Assembly (NCBI RefSeq): GCF_020745735.1
Contig: NC_083432.1
Location: 35,364,533-35,428,532 of the forward strand
Direction of reading: 5' to 3'
Origin: Hemiscyllium ocellatum
Taxonomy: Eukaryota
DNA length: 64,000 bases
Made by a program: the position numbers and the translations under genes. Shown in pieces: positions 29,788 through 62,669 of this stretch. Under the pieces are notes generated by a model. It saw only the letters and a list, made by a program, of their open reading frames with translations. It was not told the DNA's origin and ran no database searches. Position 1 is the first letter of the stretch. Every line of letters starts with the position of its first letter.

Positions 29788-31332
29788 TCTTGCTACAGTA
29801 TGAACAAATTAACAAAACCAATGTCTTCGAAATAGAATGTTAGGCAGGGCAGTAATCTTATTATATTTCTCTGTGGAGAACTATACAAAAATAAGAAAAT
29901 CTTGCATTTATACAGTTAGCAAGTTTTGAGAAGATTCGTAGCTCAGGTTCTGGATGTAGGTTTACTCGCTGAGCTGGAAGGTTCATTTTCATTTTCATTT
30001 GTTTTGTCACATACTAGGTAACATTTTCAGTGAGCCTCCAGACGAAGCAATGCTGGCATTTCCTGCTTTCTATATGTTTGAGTTTCCTTGGGTTGATGAT
30101 GTCATTTCCTGTGGCGATGCAGTGTTTATACAGCGTTTTTAACATAGTACAGCATCTCAAGGCACTTCACAAAACATTATCAAATTACATTTTTCACCAA
30201 ACTGCAAAACGTGATATAACAAAAAGCCCCTTTAATGGAGTAAAACAGCCCAAGGCCTTTCACAAGAGAGTTAATCACAATTTGGCACTGAGTCTCAAGG
30301 AGATAGTAGAACAAATAACCAAAAGCTGTGTTAAGAGGAAGAAATTAAAAGATTTTTCTTAAAAGGATGAGAGAGAGAGCAGCAAAGAAGTTTAAAAAGA
30401 AAATTCCAAAACCTTGAGTGTCAGCTGTATTGCTGTAACATCTAGAAGCTCTGAAATACTGAGACTTCACTCATTACAGATCTGCAGGAACTTCATCCAT
30501 AGAAATTATTTATCTTGTTTCCCTCACTAATTTCCTGATTTACTTGCTCTCCTATTTGCAAGACATTGAGGCTGACGTTTGCTTGTTTTCAGGCAGGACT
30601 GGAGAAATAGCACGAGCAAAACCATAGCATAAAGTTGTGTTGTGTGTCTTACGCTCAGTATACCTTTTGGAGTCATGGACATGATATCGTCACCATATTG
30701 TAGTATGCAATCTGGCAGTGGAAGCGGCCCAGGACTTGCATGTTCTGATTGGAATGGGAGGGGGGAGTTGAGGTGGTTGGCCACAGTGGTTGGGTTGTTT
30801 GGTGCATGTGTCCCAGAGATGTTCTCCGAAACAGTCTGCAAGTTGGTGTCCTGACATAAGCATTGTCTTACCAAGTAAAATGCTGTGCGGACAAACTTAC
30901 ACTACATTTGCCTATTGATCTCTGGATCACTTTGTGGATCCTTAAAATAAGCAGCTGAAGAACCACCTAAAATTGATAGTATATCATTGGACAACACAGG
31001 GTTCAATGACATCATTTCAAGGCAACTTTCAAATATCAACACCCATCCTCAGGAAAGCTGATAGAGATTTCCTGTTGGCCACCAGGCAGAAGTACCTTCC
31101 ACCCACTTACTGTTCATTAAGTGTGAAATTCAGCTGCTGAAGAAGGGACACTCAACCTGAAACGTTAACTTTGGTTTTTCTCCAAGTATACTGCCAGACC
31201 TGCTGAGCTTCTCCAGATTTTTGTTTTCGCGACTCTTTTCACATGAGCTACAACATGGTAATACCACCAACTATCAGCAGATGGCAACATCCACTTGTTT
31301 ATAAATGAAATTCTCATGCTGGGTGACGACGT

Positions 31333-31673
31333 TTAGATTAGATTACTTAGATTACTTACAGTGTGGAAACAGGCCCTTCGGCCCAACAAGTCCACACCGA
31401 CCCGCCGAAGCGCAACCCACCCATACCCCTACATTTACCCCTTACCTAACACTACGGACAATTTAGCATGGCCAATTCACCTGACCCGCACATCTTTGGA
31501 CTGTGGGAGGAAACCGGAGCACCCGGAGGAAACCCACGCAGACACGGGGAGAACGTGCAAACTCCACACAGTCAGTCACCTGAGGCGGGAATTGAACCCA
31601 GGTCCCTGGCGCTGTGAGGCAGCAGTGCTAACCACTGTGCCACCGTGCGGCCCCCACTGTGCCACCGTGCGGC
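31333..31673 (-). mobile_element. HE1-type V-SINE with a duplicated 20-bp 5' end
   Basis: Near-identical to 2023-2335; ccactgtgccaccgtgcggc at 31632-31651 and 31654-31673. Confidence 0.85.
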
Positions 31674-31814
31674 ACGTAAGATTGCTATTGTAAAACATGA
31701 GTTCCTCCAGCAGAAAAACATTATGAACAAATGCACAAGTAAACTAATACAAGCCCAGCTTAATGTTTTTCAGAGAACACTTTAACTACAACCTCTGTTT
31801 GTCTCCACAAAACC

Positions 31815-32452
31815 TCCTTGAAAGTGGAGTTGCAGGTAGATCGGATAGTGAAGGAGTTTGGTATCCTTTCCTTTATTGGTCAGAGTATTGAGTACAGGAA
31901 TTGAGAGGTCATGTTGCGGCTGTACAGGACATTGGTTAGGCCACTGTTGGAATATTGCATGCAATTCTGGTCTCCTTTCTATCGGAAAGATGTTGTGAAA
32001 CTTGAAAGGGTTCAGGAAAGATTTACAAGGATGTTGCCAGGATTGGAGGATCTGAGCTACAGGGAGAGACTGAACAGGCTGGGGCTGACCTTATAGGAGG
32101 TTTACAAAATTATGAGGGGCATGGATAGGATAAATAGACAAAGTCTTTTCCCTGGGGTCAGGGAGTCCAGAACTAGAGGGCATAGGTTTAGGGCGAGAGG
32201 GGAAAGATATAAAAGAGACCTAAGAGGCAACTGTTTCACGCAGAGGGTGCTCCATGTATGGAATGAGCTGCCAGAGGATGTGGTGGAGGCTGGTACAATT
32301 GCAACATTTAAGAGGCATTTGGATGGGTATATGAATAGGAAGGGTTTGGAGGGATATGGGCAGGTGGGATTAGATTGGGTTGGGATATCTGGTCGACATG
32401 GACGGGTTGGACCAAAGGGTCCGTTTCCATGCTATACATCTCCATGACTCTA
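31815..32452 (+). mobile_element. CR1/HER1 3' fragment
   Basis: LRLYRTLVRPLLEYCMQFWSP...KLERVQ. Confidence 0.85.
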
Positions 32453-33638
32453 AACTCAATAGAGTGAACATCAATAATACATCATCTCCAGTGAGTGAAG
32501 TTACAAAGCCTACGAGTGCATTTTGAAGGATGGGTTTGGTTACATTGCCATGGAACTTGTTTTATCTAATCCTTGAGAAGGGGCTGTGCAAAAGAACACC
32601 ATTGACCACAAATTTATCCATGGTTGTACATAAGTCTTGAGGTTCTGTAGAAAAGGAGGCTATGTATCCGGTTAGATAGCTCCCTGTGCAAGACAGTCAA
32701 TCAATTGGTAGAATGCCTTATTGCCAACATTTTCAAATAACAGCAAGACATTGCATAGCTGATGGTGAGAACAGCATACCCAGAATCTCAGCATCTTGTA
32801 ATATAGAGAAGCCATCACCTTCTGTAATGCCATACCTAGAATGAGATCCAACAATTTTTTTTTTTTAAAAACAACAAGCAGCTTAGTGACGTAGGACAAT
32901 GCGCTTTCTGGACAGTTCAGGGACACAGAAATTCAACTATTACTGGATAACTATGAACTTAGTGAACTCTTTGGTCTATCTGAAACTTGCTGCTTTCCTA
33001 CTAAGAGTAGTAACAATGGAATTAACCAGTTGGCAATACTCAATAGGTTCAAGGTCAGTTTGAAGCAACCACCATAAAGACTGTGCAAAAAAAACCAATA
33101 CTACAGTGTTCTTCCATTGGGTAGCTCATGATAAACTCCTTGGATAGTATGCAAAGAATGTTGGAAATTAAATGCAAATTAAACTAAGTAAAAATAGCAA
33201 GTGTAGTGAGGCAGTTCATTTACTCTTGGAAAGAAACTGATCTTTTATTTTGTGTCATACTGTTTATGCATAAAATCTGTATAGTTTTTTGAAGGAATAA
33301 AAACTAATATGAAGTTACAATAAACAATTAGTAAAAAGTCAACACTTGCCTTATTGCTTTACAATAAGGTAAAGCTACATTATAGTTTCACAGAGAATTG
33401 GTGAGGCCACACCATGCATAGATCTGGTCTTCTTACCTAGAGGAGGAGGGCAAACTTAAAATAGAACAAACCCTCCTTATAGAAGCCAGTCTGAGGAGTG
33501 TTTGAGTAGATTCAGTGAATATTTCCCAGCATTTATAACGAGAGATGGAATAGAAAAATAAGAAGAGGAGGCTGAAAAGGACAAATGCTGAGAAAATGTT
33601 GTTCCCTGCATTGCGGTATCTCACTGCAGGGTAAGCCA

Positions 33639-33878
33639 TTTAGATTAGATTCCCTACAGTGCGGAAACAGGCCCTTTGGGCCAACTAGTCCACACCGACC
33701 CTCCAAAGAGTAACCCACCCCAACCTGCACACCTTTGGACTGTGGGAGGAAACCGGAGCACCCCCACACAGACACAGGGAGAATGTGCAAGCTCCACACA
33801 GTCGCCCAAGGCTGGAACTGAACCTAGGACCCTGGTGCTGTGAGGCAGCAGTGCTAACCACTGAGCCACCACACCACC
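33639..33878 (-). mobile_element. HE1-type V-SINE, internally shortened
   Basis: Same head, core and tail as the other copies. Confidence 0.75.
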
Positions 33879-35679
33879 CTAATTTTGATTTGGATAAATT
33901 TCTTCAGTAAATAAAGTGTTGAGAATCTTTTTGAAATCCTCTAATCCAGAGAAGGTTGTTGACAGAAAGCAATGCATTTTTAGGCTCAAAGAGAATTAAG
34001 GTACATGGGGGCATGAAAGCCAGGGTCGAGCTGGACCCTGTAGTCTGACATGCTGACCCCTCTGCAGTGAACAATGCTTTCTCACCCTTTGCCCTTTTCA
34101 GCCCCTTTTTCATTTTTCAATTCCATCTCTTTCTAAATGCTGGGGAAAATTCATTTATGACCCTATTGAATGGTCTACTCCTGCTCCCAGCTCTTAAGTT
34201 CATAAAAACAAGTGCACATGTTGCATGTCAAAAAAAAATATTGATTCTTTGTACACACTTTGGTACTTAGATAGAATTTCAAATACAGCAATAATTCATT
34301 TTACATAATTATAAAAGGATGGTCACAAACACCAAACCATATTTAAAATATCAATATATGTTACACTTTCAAATAATATGCAACTTTCACTACTCCCAAA
34401 GCTCATGAAAATAGATTTCAGTGCGAATTCATAAGATAAATAAATTCAATTTATTAATAAGTGTACAACATAATGACCATTCTCCATTTCAGCTTTGTTA
34501 TAGTAGTCCATTCCCCTTAAAAAAAATCATTGCCTTAAACAACAAACTGGATTAAATTTGTACTTCTAGATACAAAATTCAAGTTAGGACATTGTCATCT
34601 TAGCATTTTTTGTGACAACTTGCATTTCAGTTTTATCCATAATGCATCCATAAAACTATTAATCTTAAATCATTAAGGTAAACTTCTGGAGATAAATTGG
34701 CACTTTAATTTTGGAGATGTAACAAATATCATTTGATAGTGTCATGATGTACAGCTTGAAGTTTTAAAAGTAAATACCATAAAACTCTTACAAAATGATA
34801 AATGTTAATTTCACAGTTAAATGCCAGTTAAAGGTTTAGGAACTTGTATTAGAGGGAAAATTAAAACTTATTAGATAATGTACAATCCCATTTGTGCCAT
34901 TTATCTAAATGTCAAAACATTGCACAACTGACTTATCCCAGAAGCTAGTGTTACCTTCTCCTCCAATCAAAATAGAATACATGTTTTATTAGTAAAGTGT
35001 AACAAGATATTTATATTCCCTTATGGGTTATGGGTTATTTGGAGCAATGATCCAGTGAGGAAGCACAGCAAGTGTAATCTTTGCTGACTCACCTTGTGGG
35101 CTGCAGCCTGACATGTGATGAAGTGTTAGACCAGACAGCTGAAAATGGAGGCTAGAATGCAGACCAGATATTTCTTTACCCAAGGAGTCTTGTAATTATC
35201 ACTATCAGTTCAGATAACTTGGGAAGACATTTATTTCCATTGGGAGATCAGTGCCCACAGGTGTCCTGACAATCTTAGTGTTGACTCCATGAGACTGGAG
35301 TTTGTAGTAATAACATTTTATACCCCGAAATACAATGTTCAACCACAAATTATTCTGGAAGTGTAATAACCATGGTGGATAAATTCAGCAAAATTAAAAA
35401 ATCAATGTCTCCTGAACACGAGATAAATAACTAAATTTGCTTTTGGTGGCACTGGTTGGAGGAAAATATTTGTTTGCGCATCATGAATCTTTTAGTACTG
35501 AATTGAAAAGGCCATTGAAGGCTTATTATTGCATCTCAACCAAAAGACAGTGTTCACTCATTAATGACATATAAAGGTAGGTTACAGATCAATTCATAAA
35601 ATGGAGAAAATTCTAACAACTTTAACCAAAAGCAAACAGATATTCAAATAGTCTGAGATCACCTTAAGTCCTCAAATGA

Positions 35680-36165
35680 TTAGAGTTTGAGACTGGGCTG
35701 AGAAATGGCAGATGGTGTTCAATCTGGATAAATGAGGGGTATTGTATTTTGGTACAACAAACAAGGGTATGGTCTGCAATTAATGTTAGGTCCTTGAGTA
35801 GTGTTGTAGAGGAGAGGGACCTCAGGGTTCAGGTACATAATTCTTTGAAGTTTGTATCACATATAGATGGGAGAGGGGGTTAAAAAGGCACTCAGCATGC
35901 TTGCCTTCATTGCTCAGTCCTTTTGAGTATCGGAGTTGGGACATCATGTTGAGATTGTACAGGACATTGGTGAGGACCCTTCTGGAATGTGTGCGCAGTT
36001 CTGGTTGCCCAGCTATAAAAAGAATATTAAGCTGGAGAGGGTTCAGAAGAGATTTACCAGGACGCTGCCAGGCATGGATGGTTTGAGTTATAAAGAAAGG
36101 CTGGATGGTAGTGTTCGGCATGGATTAGTTGAACCGAAAAGGTCTGTGTCGTGCTTTATGACTCT
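35680..36165 (+). mobile_element. CR1 3' fragment
   Basis: LRLYRTLVRTLLEC / KLERVQKRFTR remnants. Confidence 0.7.
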
Positions 36166-39100
36166 AAGTGCAAATGAAATCCCAAGACCCAGATTATTGC
36201 AGGACGTTCTTGTGAACATCCCTACTTCTGGGTCAGAAGGCTCATATTCAAGCTCCCAAAAGTGGATGAACAGGTTGATTTTAAAACTTCTCTGCTGAAC
36301 TGCAGCAAAAACAATCTCCTTTAAATGATAAGTGGAATGGGAAGAAGGATCTTGACACTACATTCAGGCTATAATCATATTCATGTGATGCTGCAAAAAG
36401 AAACATTTTTATTTCTAGATGACAAAAAAAAAGTAGGAAGCATAGTTAACATGTGGGGCAGTGCTAAATAAGACAGTATTTTGCTTGCATAATGTTCAGA
36501 AATGGGAAATTAATTTAAACATCGATGCAAAAGTTGGTTTATTTTGGTGTAAGGAATTAGGAAGTCAGTGTCATTGGAAATATAGAATCAAAATGGTATC
36601 AAGGCATAGAAGTCAGTAAAAGAAACAATGCATGTTAAAGCCATAAAGTACAAACAAAGCACATTGGACTATTTTTAGTTAATTCAAACTCAAAAGCAGA
36701 GCTATTTTTAAAACAACATGAAAACTTGGTTTAAAGGTACACCTTTAAAAAGGAAAGAAAGACAATTCTGAGGTTATCACTCTTGAAAAGAGATGAGTGA
36801 CCAGTGATCTAATAGAGATGTTCAAAATTACAGTGGGTTCAGACTAAAAAGAAACACTTCCACTTGTAGGGGAGTTCAATACTAAGGTACATTTATATAG
36901 TGATTTGGGAATCAAGTTTTTGGTCTAAAAAAAAGGATAGATTATAAATGGTCTTGATTTAAAAAAACATATGCTTTCAAATTAAAATTGTCAACAATTT
37001 AAATGAAGCAATTAAAAGCACAAGCAACTGTTATGTTTAAAAAAATTGTTATAAATAGTTCTTTAAAAATTTCCAAGGACTAGCAGTTACATTCCAATAT
37101 GATTTGACAATACATTGAGTTGATCATCAATAAAAGACAAAATAAACTTACAAACAGCGATGGTTGCCATGTAAGTATCACTACAAACTTCATATAACCA
37201 TCTCAAATTTTGGTTGATTTTTTTTGCTGAGATCTTTAGCTAAATGGAAATGAATTTAATACGTGCAAACTTCATAATTTAGAATGTAAGGTAAGAATCC
37301 TCCTTTCCACTTTTATTTCATGAAACAAGAAAATAACTTGATAATTAGGTACAGAAATGGACATTTTTTCTTCTGTTCATAAAGTTTCCTTGAAAAGAAA
37401 GAGTGTTATAGAGCAATTTTCACATTAATATCACAAATAAACTTTTGCTTTCCTACATTTTAATGTAGTGCGTACTCAACATTCCAGAGGAACAAAACAT
37501 GTCTACATCTACATATGTAATAAACAAATTCATTACACAGTCATGTAGACTACCAGACCTCCCTCAAAGGTTTTAACCTTACTCCTGAGAGACACAGAGA
37601 TTACAGCACAGAATGAATTGTCGGTGTACAAAATCAAATGATCCAATTTCATGACCTTAGTGAAATGACTCAAACCATACTTAACAGTTAAGACATGCAT
37701 GGTTACATTTCAACTTAGTGTAAATTAGCATTACAGAAAAGAACGTTATCATTTTCTTCTACCATATATGGTTCATATTCTATATCAAAAAGCACTACAG
37801 GTCATAAGATGTATAACATTAACTAGAATGACTTCTCAATAAGAGTACACAGCCAGGAAAGGGGTAAGGACAAGCAGATAAAAGAAAATTGAAACCCTGA
37901 TTTTATATCAGAACATTTCAATGTCACTAAACATCACACCATAACAGAATACATTGTTCTTACATAAACTGTAAATAAACTAATAAATATTTGTAACCCA
38001 ACCATTTAAGATATTGTCTAACCACATCCATTAAGTTACAGCTGGCTCTAGTTGATCCTTGAAAAAATATAATGTCTGAAAGAAAATAGCATTGTCCCAA
38101 TAAAACACAGTACACACCCTTGGTCCAAAAATACTGTACTATTATACATGACAAATACAGAATCAACAAGCACAATTGAAACAGGCTACACAGTTTAAAT
38201 CGTGCTACACTGTTAAATGCCACGGAATGGCAATTTGCGGATGAGTAGTAAATTTACCTCGTACAGTGTTACATTATTTAAACTGAAAGATTAAATTTGA
38301 AGCCATATTCCTTAAAGAAACCTTGCACACATCCCAAAGTAGCATGCCTGACCACCTTGACTGGTCAAAAACTGGTGTATAGACAGGGAGACAATGAAAA
38401 AGGCAAAAACTAAAAGCTAAAAATGAAATTCAAAAGTTGAGGGGAAAACAAAACTTGCTTCCAAACTTAAAGTGCTCAGGAATCACAAGACCTTTCTAAC
38501 ATGGGGCCTCACAAATAAGTTTGAGTTTGTAATTAAGGAATGTGAAGCCAATCACATGATGACCATGAATCTAAGAATTGGCAGAATGGGCTCAGGGTTA
38601 TTTGGCCTTCTCCAGTTCCCACAAAAACTGCGGATGCTTTTTTGACCAGGCTCCAATACAGATGTCCTATCTTGTTACTGCTAAAACTCCGAGCTGACAA
38701 TTAGTAACTGTAACAAACATCAAGTGACAGGTTCAAAGATCCTTCCTTAGTAATTGCATGTATTCAATGAAAAAAAAAACAAAAAACCCCAACAATTCCC
38801 TTGTGTTTCTTTTATACTAACAATTTAAGCTCTAACTGTAATATATTTAAAACTTTGCAATGTAGTGTGCGAATGTCACACAATTCCTATAACATTAGCC
38901 ATAATCACAAGTTGCTGATAACACCATTGTTCAGGAAAGAACATCCTATATTTCAATGAGAACTGTGATGAGCAACCTGTAATTTTACAAGTATTAAAAT
39001 CCCATCAATTAAGTTTTAATAGTAATTTATATCTTTGATTTAAAATACAATTGTAATTGATCTTATGGGATTCATCATTCTTCAAACTTTCAGTCAAGGC

Positions 39101-39190
39101 CATGTAATCATAGCAAGAGGTATAATCTTGCAATGGATCTAAACATTTACAATTAATCTTTCATAGGATAAAATATATACACAGGAAACC

Positions 39191-58614
<19,424 letters not shown>

Positions 58615-58670
58615 CCTGAGCTGCTGGATACGGTCGGATCTTACCGCAACTTCAGAACATCCTGAGGACA

Positions 58671-58719
58671 GCCGCCATCTTGCGAGAGCAACGCACCTGA
58701 CGTCGGCGTCCTGACGTCA
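58671..58719. promoter_or_regulatory. RUNDC1 CpG-island core promoter: YY1 motif (AAGATGGCGGC) and tandem CREs (TGACGTCG at 58698, TGACGTCA at 58712)
   Basis: Motifs read directly within a CpG-rich region. Confidence 0.7.
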
Positions 58720-59153
58720 CCAGGTGAGCTCCCGGAATGTTCTAGAAGCAGATTCCAGCAAACGTTGGCGACGACAGGAGAACCTTTTCTTTAGGCTTTC
58801 AAAACATACTTGAATAGCTACCTGAAGAATAAGCATTTGCGGGGGCGTGGGGTTCTGACAGGGTTGTTACAGATAAGATGGACTGAATGGCCTCCTGCGC
58901 TGCAGCCCTGCTATGTTAAGAAGGGTGGAATTCCTTTGAATTTGGTCATAAGAAAGGTAGACTGACAGCAGTATTCTCTCACAGTGAGACTTCCCAGCAC
59001 TGAGGTTGCAAATCACTCAGGACCAGCAGCCCTAGACAGAGTATGTCGTTGTAGATAAGTTTAATCAAGCTGCTCAGGCATGTTATGACGTGCCTCTGGA
59101 CTCAACCAAAGGCCTTTTGGCCCAAAAGTGGATACACAATCATGATGCTGCAA

Positions 59154-59236
59154 ATGTGTTGCTGGTCAAAGCACAGCAGGTTAGGCAGCATCTCAGGAAT
59201 AGAGAATTCGACGTTTCGAGCATAAGCCCTTCATCA
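59154..59236 (-). mobile_element. Short PLE family A terminus with near-intact hammerhead core
   Basis: TGATGAAGGGCTTATGCTCGAAACGTCGAAT; direct repeat atcatgatgct(g/a)caa at 59139-59153 and 59233-59247. Confidence 0.7.
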
Positions 59237-60090
59237 TGATGCTACAAGGACTGTCACTGACGTTTGTATGTGTGCTAAAGCAAAGTAGCTGTTCTATTTG
59301 TCATAGATGGCAGGGGGCTCCCTGGAGAGCAGTGTAAATGCTTTAAGAATGTCCTCCAAACAACCCTTAAAAGGTCAAAAATACCAGCTAACTTATGGAG
59401 ATGGCTTATTAAAGATGCCATTAAAACACATTGAGAGAACTACGTTGGGAACATAAAGAGGCAAAGTTGAGAGTTTGAAGGAAGTGCACAAACTTTCAAA
59501 TAACCATGTCAAACCAACATTTCAGGCACAACTTGCCATTTATGTGGCAGATTTTGCAGAACGCATAATGGACTTATCAGCTTACTTGGAAACCATCAAA
59601 CTGAAGGAAAAGCAAGGTATCCTCATTCCAAAGGGACTAAGAAGAAGGCAGGTGTGCAAGTGCTTGTGGCTTCTCCTGTTTAAGCTATTCATAATGACTG
59701 CTAAGCCTGATTTTCTCCCATATCTCCTACTCATTAAATCAACTAAATTGTCATTTTTTTCCAATGACTATCTACTGACTAATTCCTGTTTATATTAAAT
59801 TCACTTTAGTTGTGTCAGCAGCATAGACTAACATTTGCCAACATTTGTGGTTACTATGAGCTGAACCAAATATGAACCTGACATGATATTTGTAATAATG
59901 CCTTAGAGAAGGTAAAAGACAAAAGAAATTGCATATGCCAGAATCCAAAATAGACAGTCAGGAGGCTGGAAGAATACAGTAAGCCAGGCAGCGTCAGAAG
60001 GTGGAGGTTACACCCAAAATGTCGATTTATCCACCTCTTTAGAGAAGGTAAAAACCAGGCCAACATGTAGAGATGTTAAGGAAAGAAATT

Positions 60091-61200
60091 AGGAGAAATT
60101 GAGGACTGCAGATGCTGGAGATCAGAGCTGAAAAATGTGTTGCTGGAAAAGTGCAGCAGATCAGGCAGCATCCAAGGAGCAGGAGAATCGGCGTTACGGG
60201 CATAAGCCATTCTTCAGGAATGAGGAGGGTGTGCCAAGCAAGCTCCTCCGCCCTTGAAACTTCCTGCCCCTCCAATCGCCACCAGGACAAAACCCCACTG
60301 GTCCTCAACTACCACACCACCAACCTCCAGATACATCGTATCATCCTTGGTCATTTCCGCCACCTCCAAACAGACCCCACCAGAAAGGATATATTTCCCT
60401 CCCCTCCCCTATCAGTGTTCCGGAAAGACCATTCTCTCCACGACTCCCTGGTCAGGTCCACACCCCCCCATCAACCCAACCTCCACTCCTGGCACCTTTC
60501 CCTGCAACCGCAAGAAATGCAAAACTTGTGCCCACACCTCCCCCCTCACTTCCCTCCAAGGCCCCAAGGGATCCTTCCATATCCGTCAAAAATTCACCTG
60601 CACCTCCACACACATCATTTACTGCATCCACTGCGCCTGATGTGGCCTCCTCTACATTAGGGAGACAAGCTGCCTAGTTGCGGAACGTTTCAGAGAACAC
60701 CTCTGGGACACCTGCACCAACCAACCCAACCGCCCTGTGGCAGAACACTTTAATTCCCCCTCCCACTCTGCCAAGGACATGCAGGTCCTTGACCTCCTCC
60801 ATCGCCAGACCATGGCAACACGACGCCTGGAGTAAGAGTGCCTCATCTTCCACCTTGGAACCCACCAACCACACGGGATGAATGCAGATTTCTCCAGCTT
60901 CCTCATTTCCCCTCCCCCCACCTTATCTCAGTCCCGACCCTCGGACTCCGCACCGCCTTCTTGACCTGCAATCTTCTTCCCGACCTCTTTGCCCCCACCC
61001 CCTCTCCAGCCTATCACCCTCACCTTAACCTCCTTCCACCTATCGCATTCCCAATGCCCCTCCCCCAAGTCACTCCTCCCTACCTTTTATCTTAGCCTAC
61101 TTGGCACATCTTCCTCATTTCTGAAGAAGGGTTTATGCCCGAAACATTGATTCTCCTGCTCCTTGAATGCTGCCTGACCTGCTGCGCTTTTCCGGCAACA
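60091..61200 (+). mobile_element. PLE family A: inverted terminus, ORF 3' part (GIY-YIG), terminus
   Basis: CNRKKCKTC..FTCTSTHIIYCIHC..GLLYIRET; termini at 60091-60235 (inverted) and 61100-61200. Confidence 0.85.
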
Positions 61201-62669
61201 CCTTTGTCAGCAAGGAAAGAAATTCCAAAGATTAGCTCTATGGTAGCTGTGCCTTCAGCTACATATGTTAGAATAAAGAATGTCAGTGATCCACAAAGTC
61301 AGGACTGGAGAGCATAGAGATCTAAGTTGGTTGGAAAACTAGAGGATGCAGAGAAGGGGAGGCTTGAAGAATGGAGGGATTTCAAGCATGAGAATTTCCT
61401 TTTAAATTGAGAGCACTGCCAAAATGTGAGGCAAAGGGATATTGGGTAAACATTAGGATCCAGCCAACGGGTATTTGGGTATACTCAAAGTTGAAAATGG
61501 GAGGTTGAAGCTGACCTTCAGAGCATTGGAATAGTTGAATCTCGAAGTAATAAATATTAAAATGAAGCTTCAGCAGCAGCTGGGCTCAGGCAGGAAGTGT
61601 GATACACAATGTCATAGAAATGGAAGTAGGCAGTCTTGGTGATAGAGCAGATGTAGAGTCAGAAGCTCAACTCAAGGTCAAATTGTATGCCTGGACTATA
61701 AGCAGCTTGTGATTGATTGAACCTCCATAATATATTGTGATGAAGATATTCAATGCAAGTGCTAAAACCTTGCACATGTTTAGACAGTTGCTAGGGAGAG
61801 GGGTGGAATTGTTGGTTAACTAACAAAGTTTATGGCAAAGACCAAAGACAATGGCTTCACTCTTCCTAATATTTAATTGAGGAAATTTCTGCCCATCTAA
61901 TATTGGATAGTAGATAATCAATGTGACCAATCAGAGAAAGTGGAGACATCGGCAGATACAGTGCTGAGTTGAACTGTGTCTTGTTAAGGTTAACATAAAA
62001 TTTGTTGTGTTTTCGGATGATGTAACTGAGGGGCAACTTGTGAATGAAAAAAAAGCAGAGGACTAATAATATATCATTTGGGAATTCCTGACATAATTAA
62101 GCCATTGCAGAAAATGTTATGATGTTGTGGCTACAAATTGACAGGTAGGAATAGAACCATGTGAGGGAATTCCTATTCTGCAATAAAGGAGGTGTGGTGG
62201 AGCCTCGTGTGATCAGTTGGGCCAAAGGCTGCAGCCTGGTTTAAAGAAAAAGAGAAATAGTTTATCACAATCCAAATCAGTCCTACTTTGTTGTGTATTA
62301 ATTTAAAATGGCAAATCCCTTGTCCTATAAAGGTTTGATCATGTGACCTAATGTCTCTTTATGTGGCTGGCTGTCATACTTCATTTTATGGTAATCCTGC
62401 AAGGCACCTTGGCGTTTTATAATGTTAAAGGAGTTAGAATTGTTGGTGTCATTATTTGAGAGTCACATTCCTTCTGTTTTTGCTAATGATGAAGACCTTT
62501 ACTATTGGAAATCAACTTTCTGATTTTTTTAAAATTTTGTCTCCAGTTTGATGATGAATAGGACCATGTTCTTGTGCAAGGAAGCACGGTTCCTTACAGA
62601 ATACAAAGTATTTTCTATGGCAAGGCTATGCAATCACAAGAGAGAAGCAAACCAAATTGAATTGTCAAG

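Noticed and set aside
62547-62630. Candidate plus-strand exon with ATGGCAAG (PTGES3L-like MAR start)
   Set aside because: An acceptor is present but there is no valid donor after it and no further similarity
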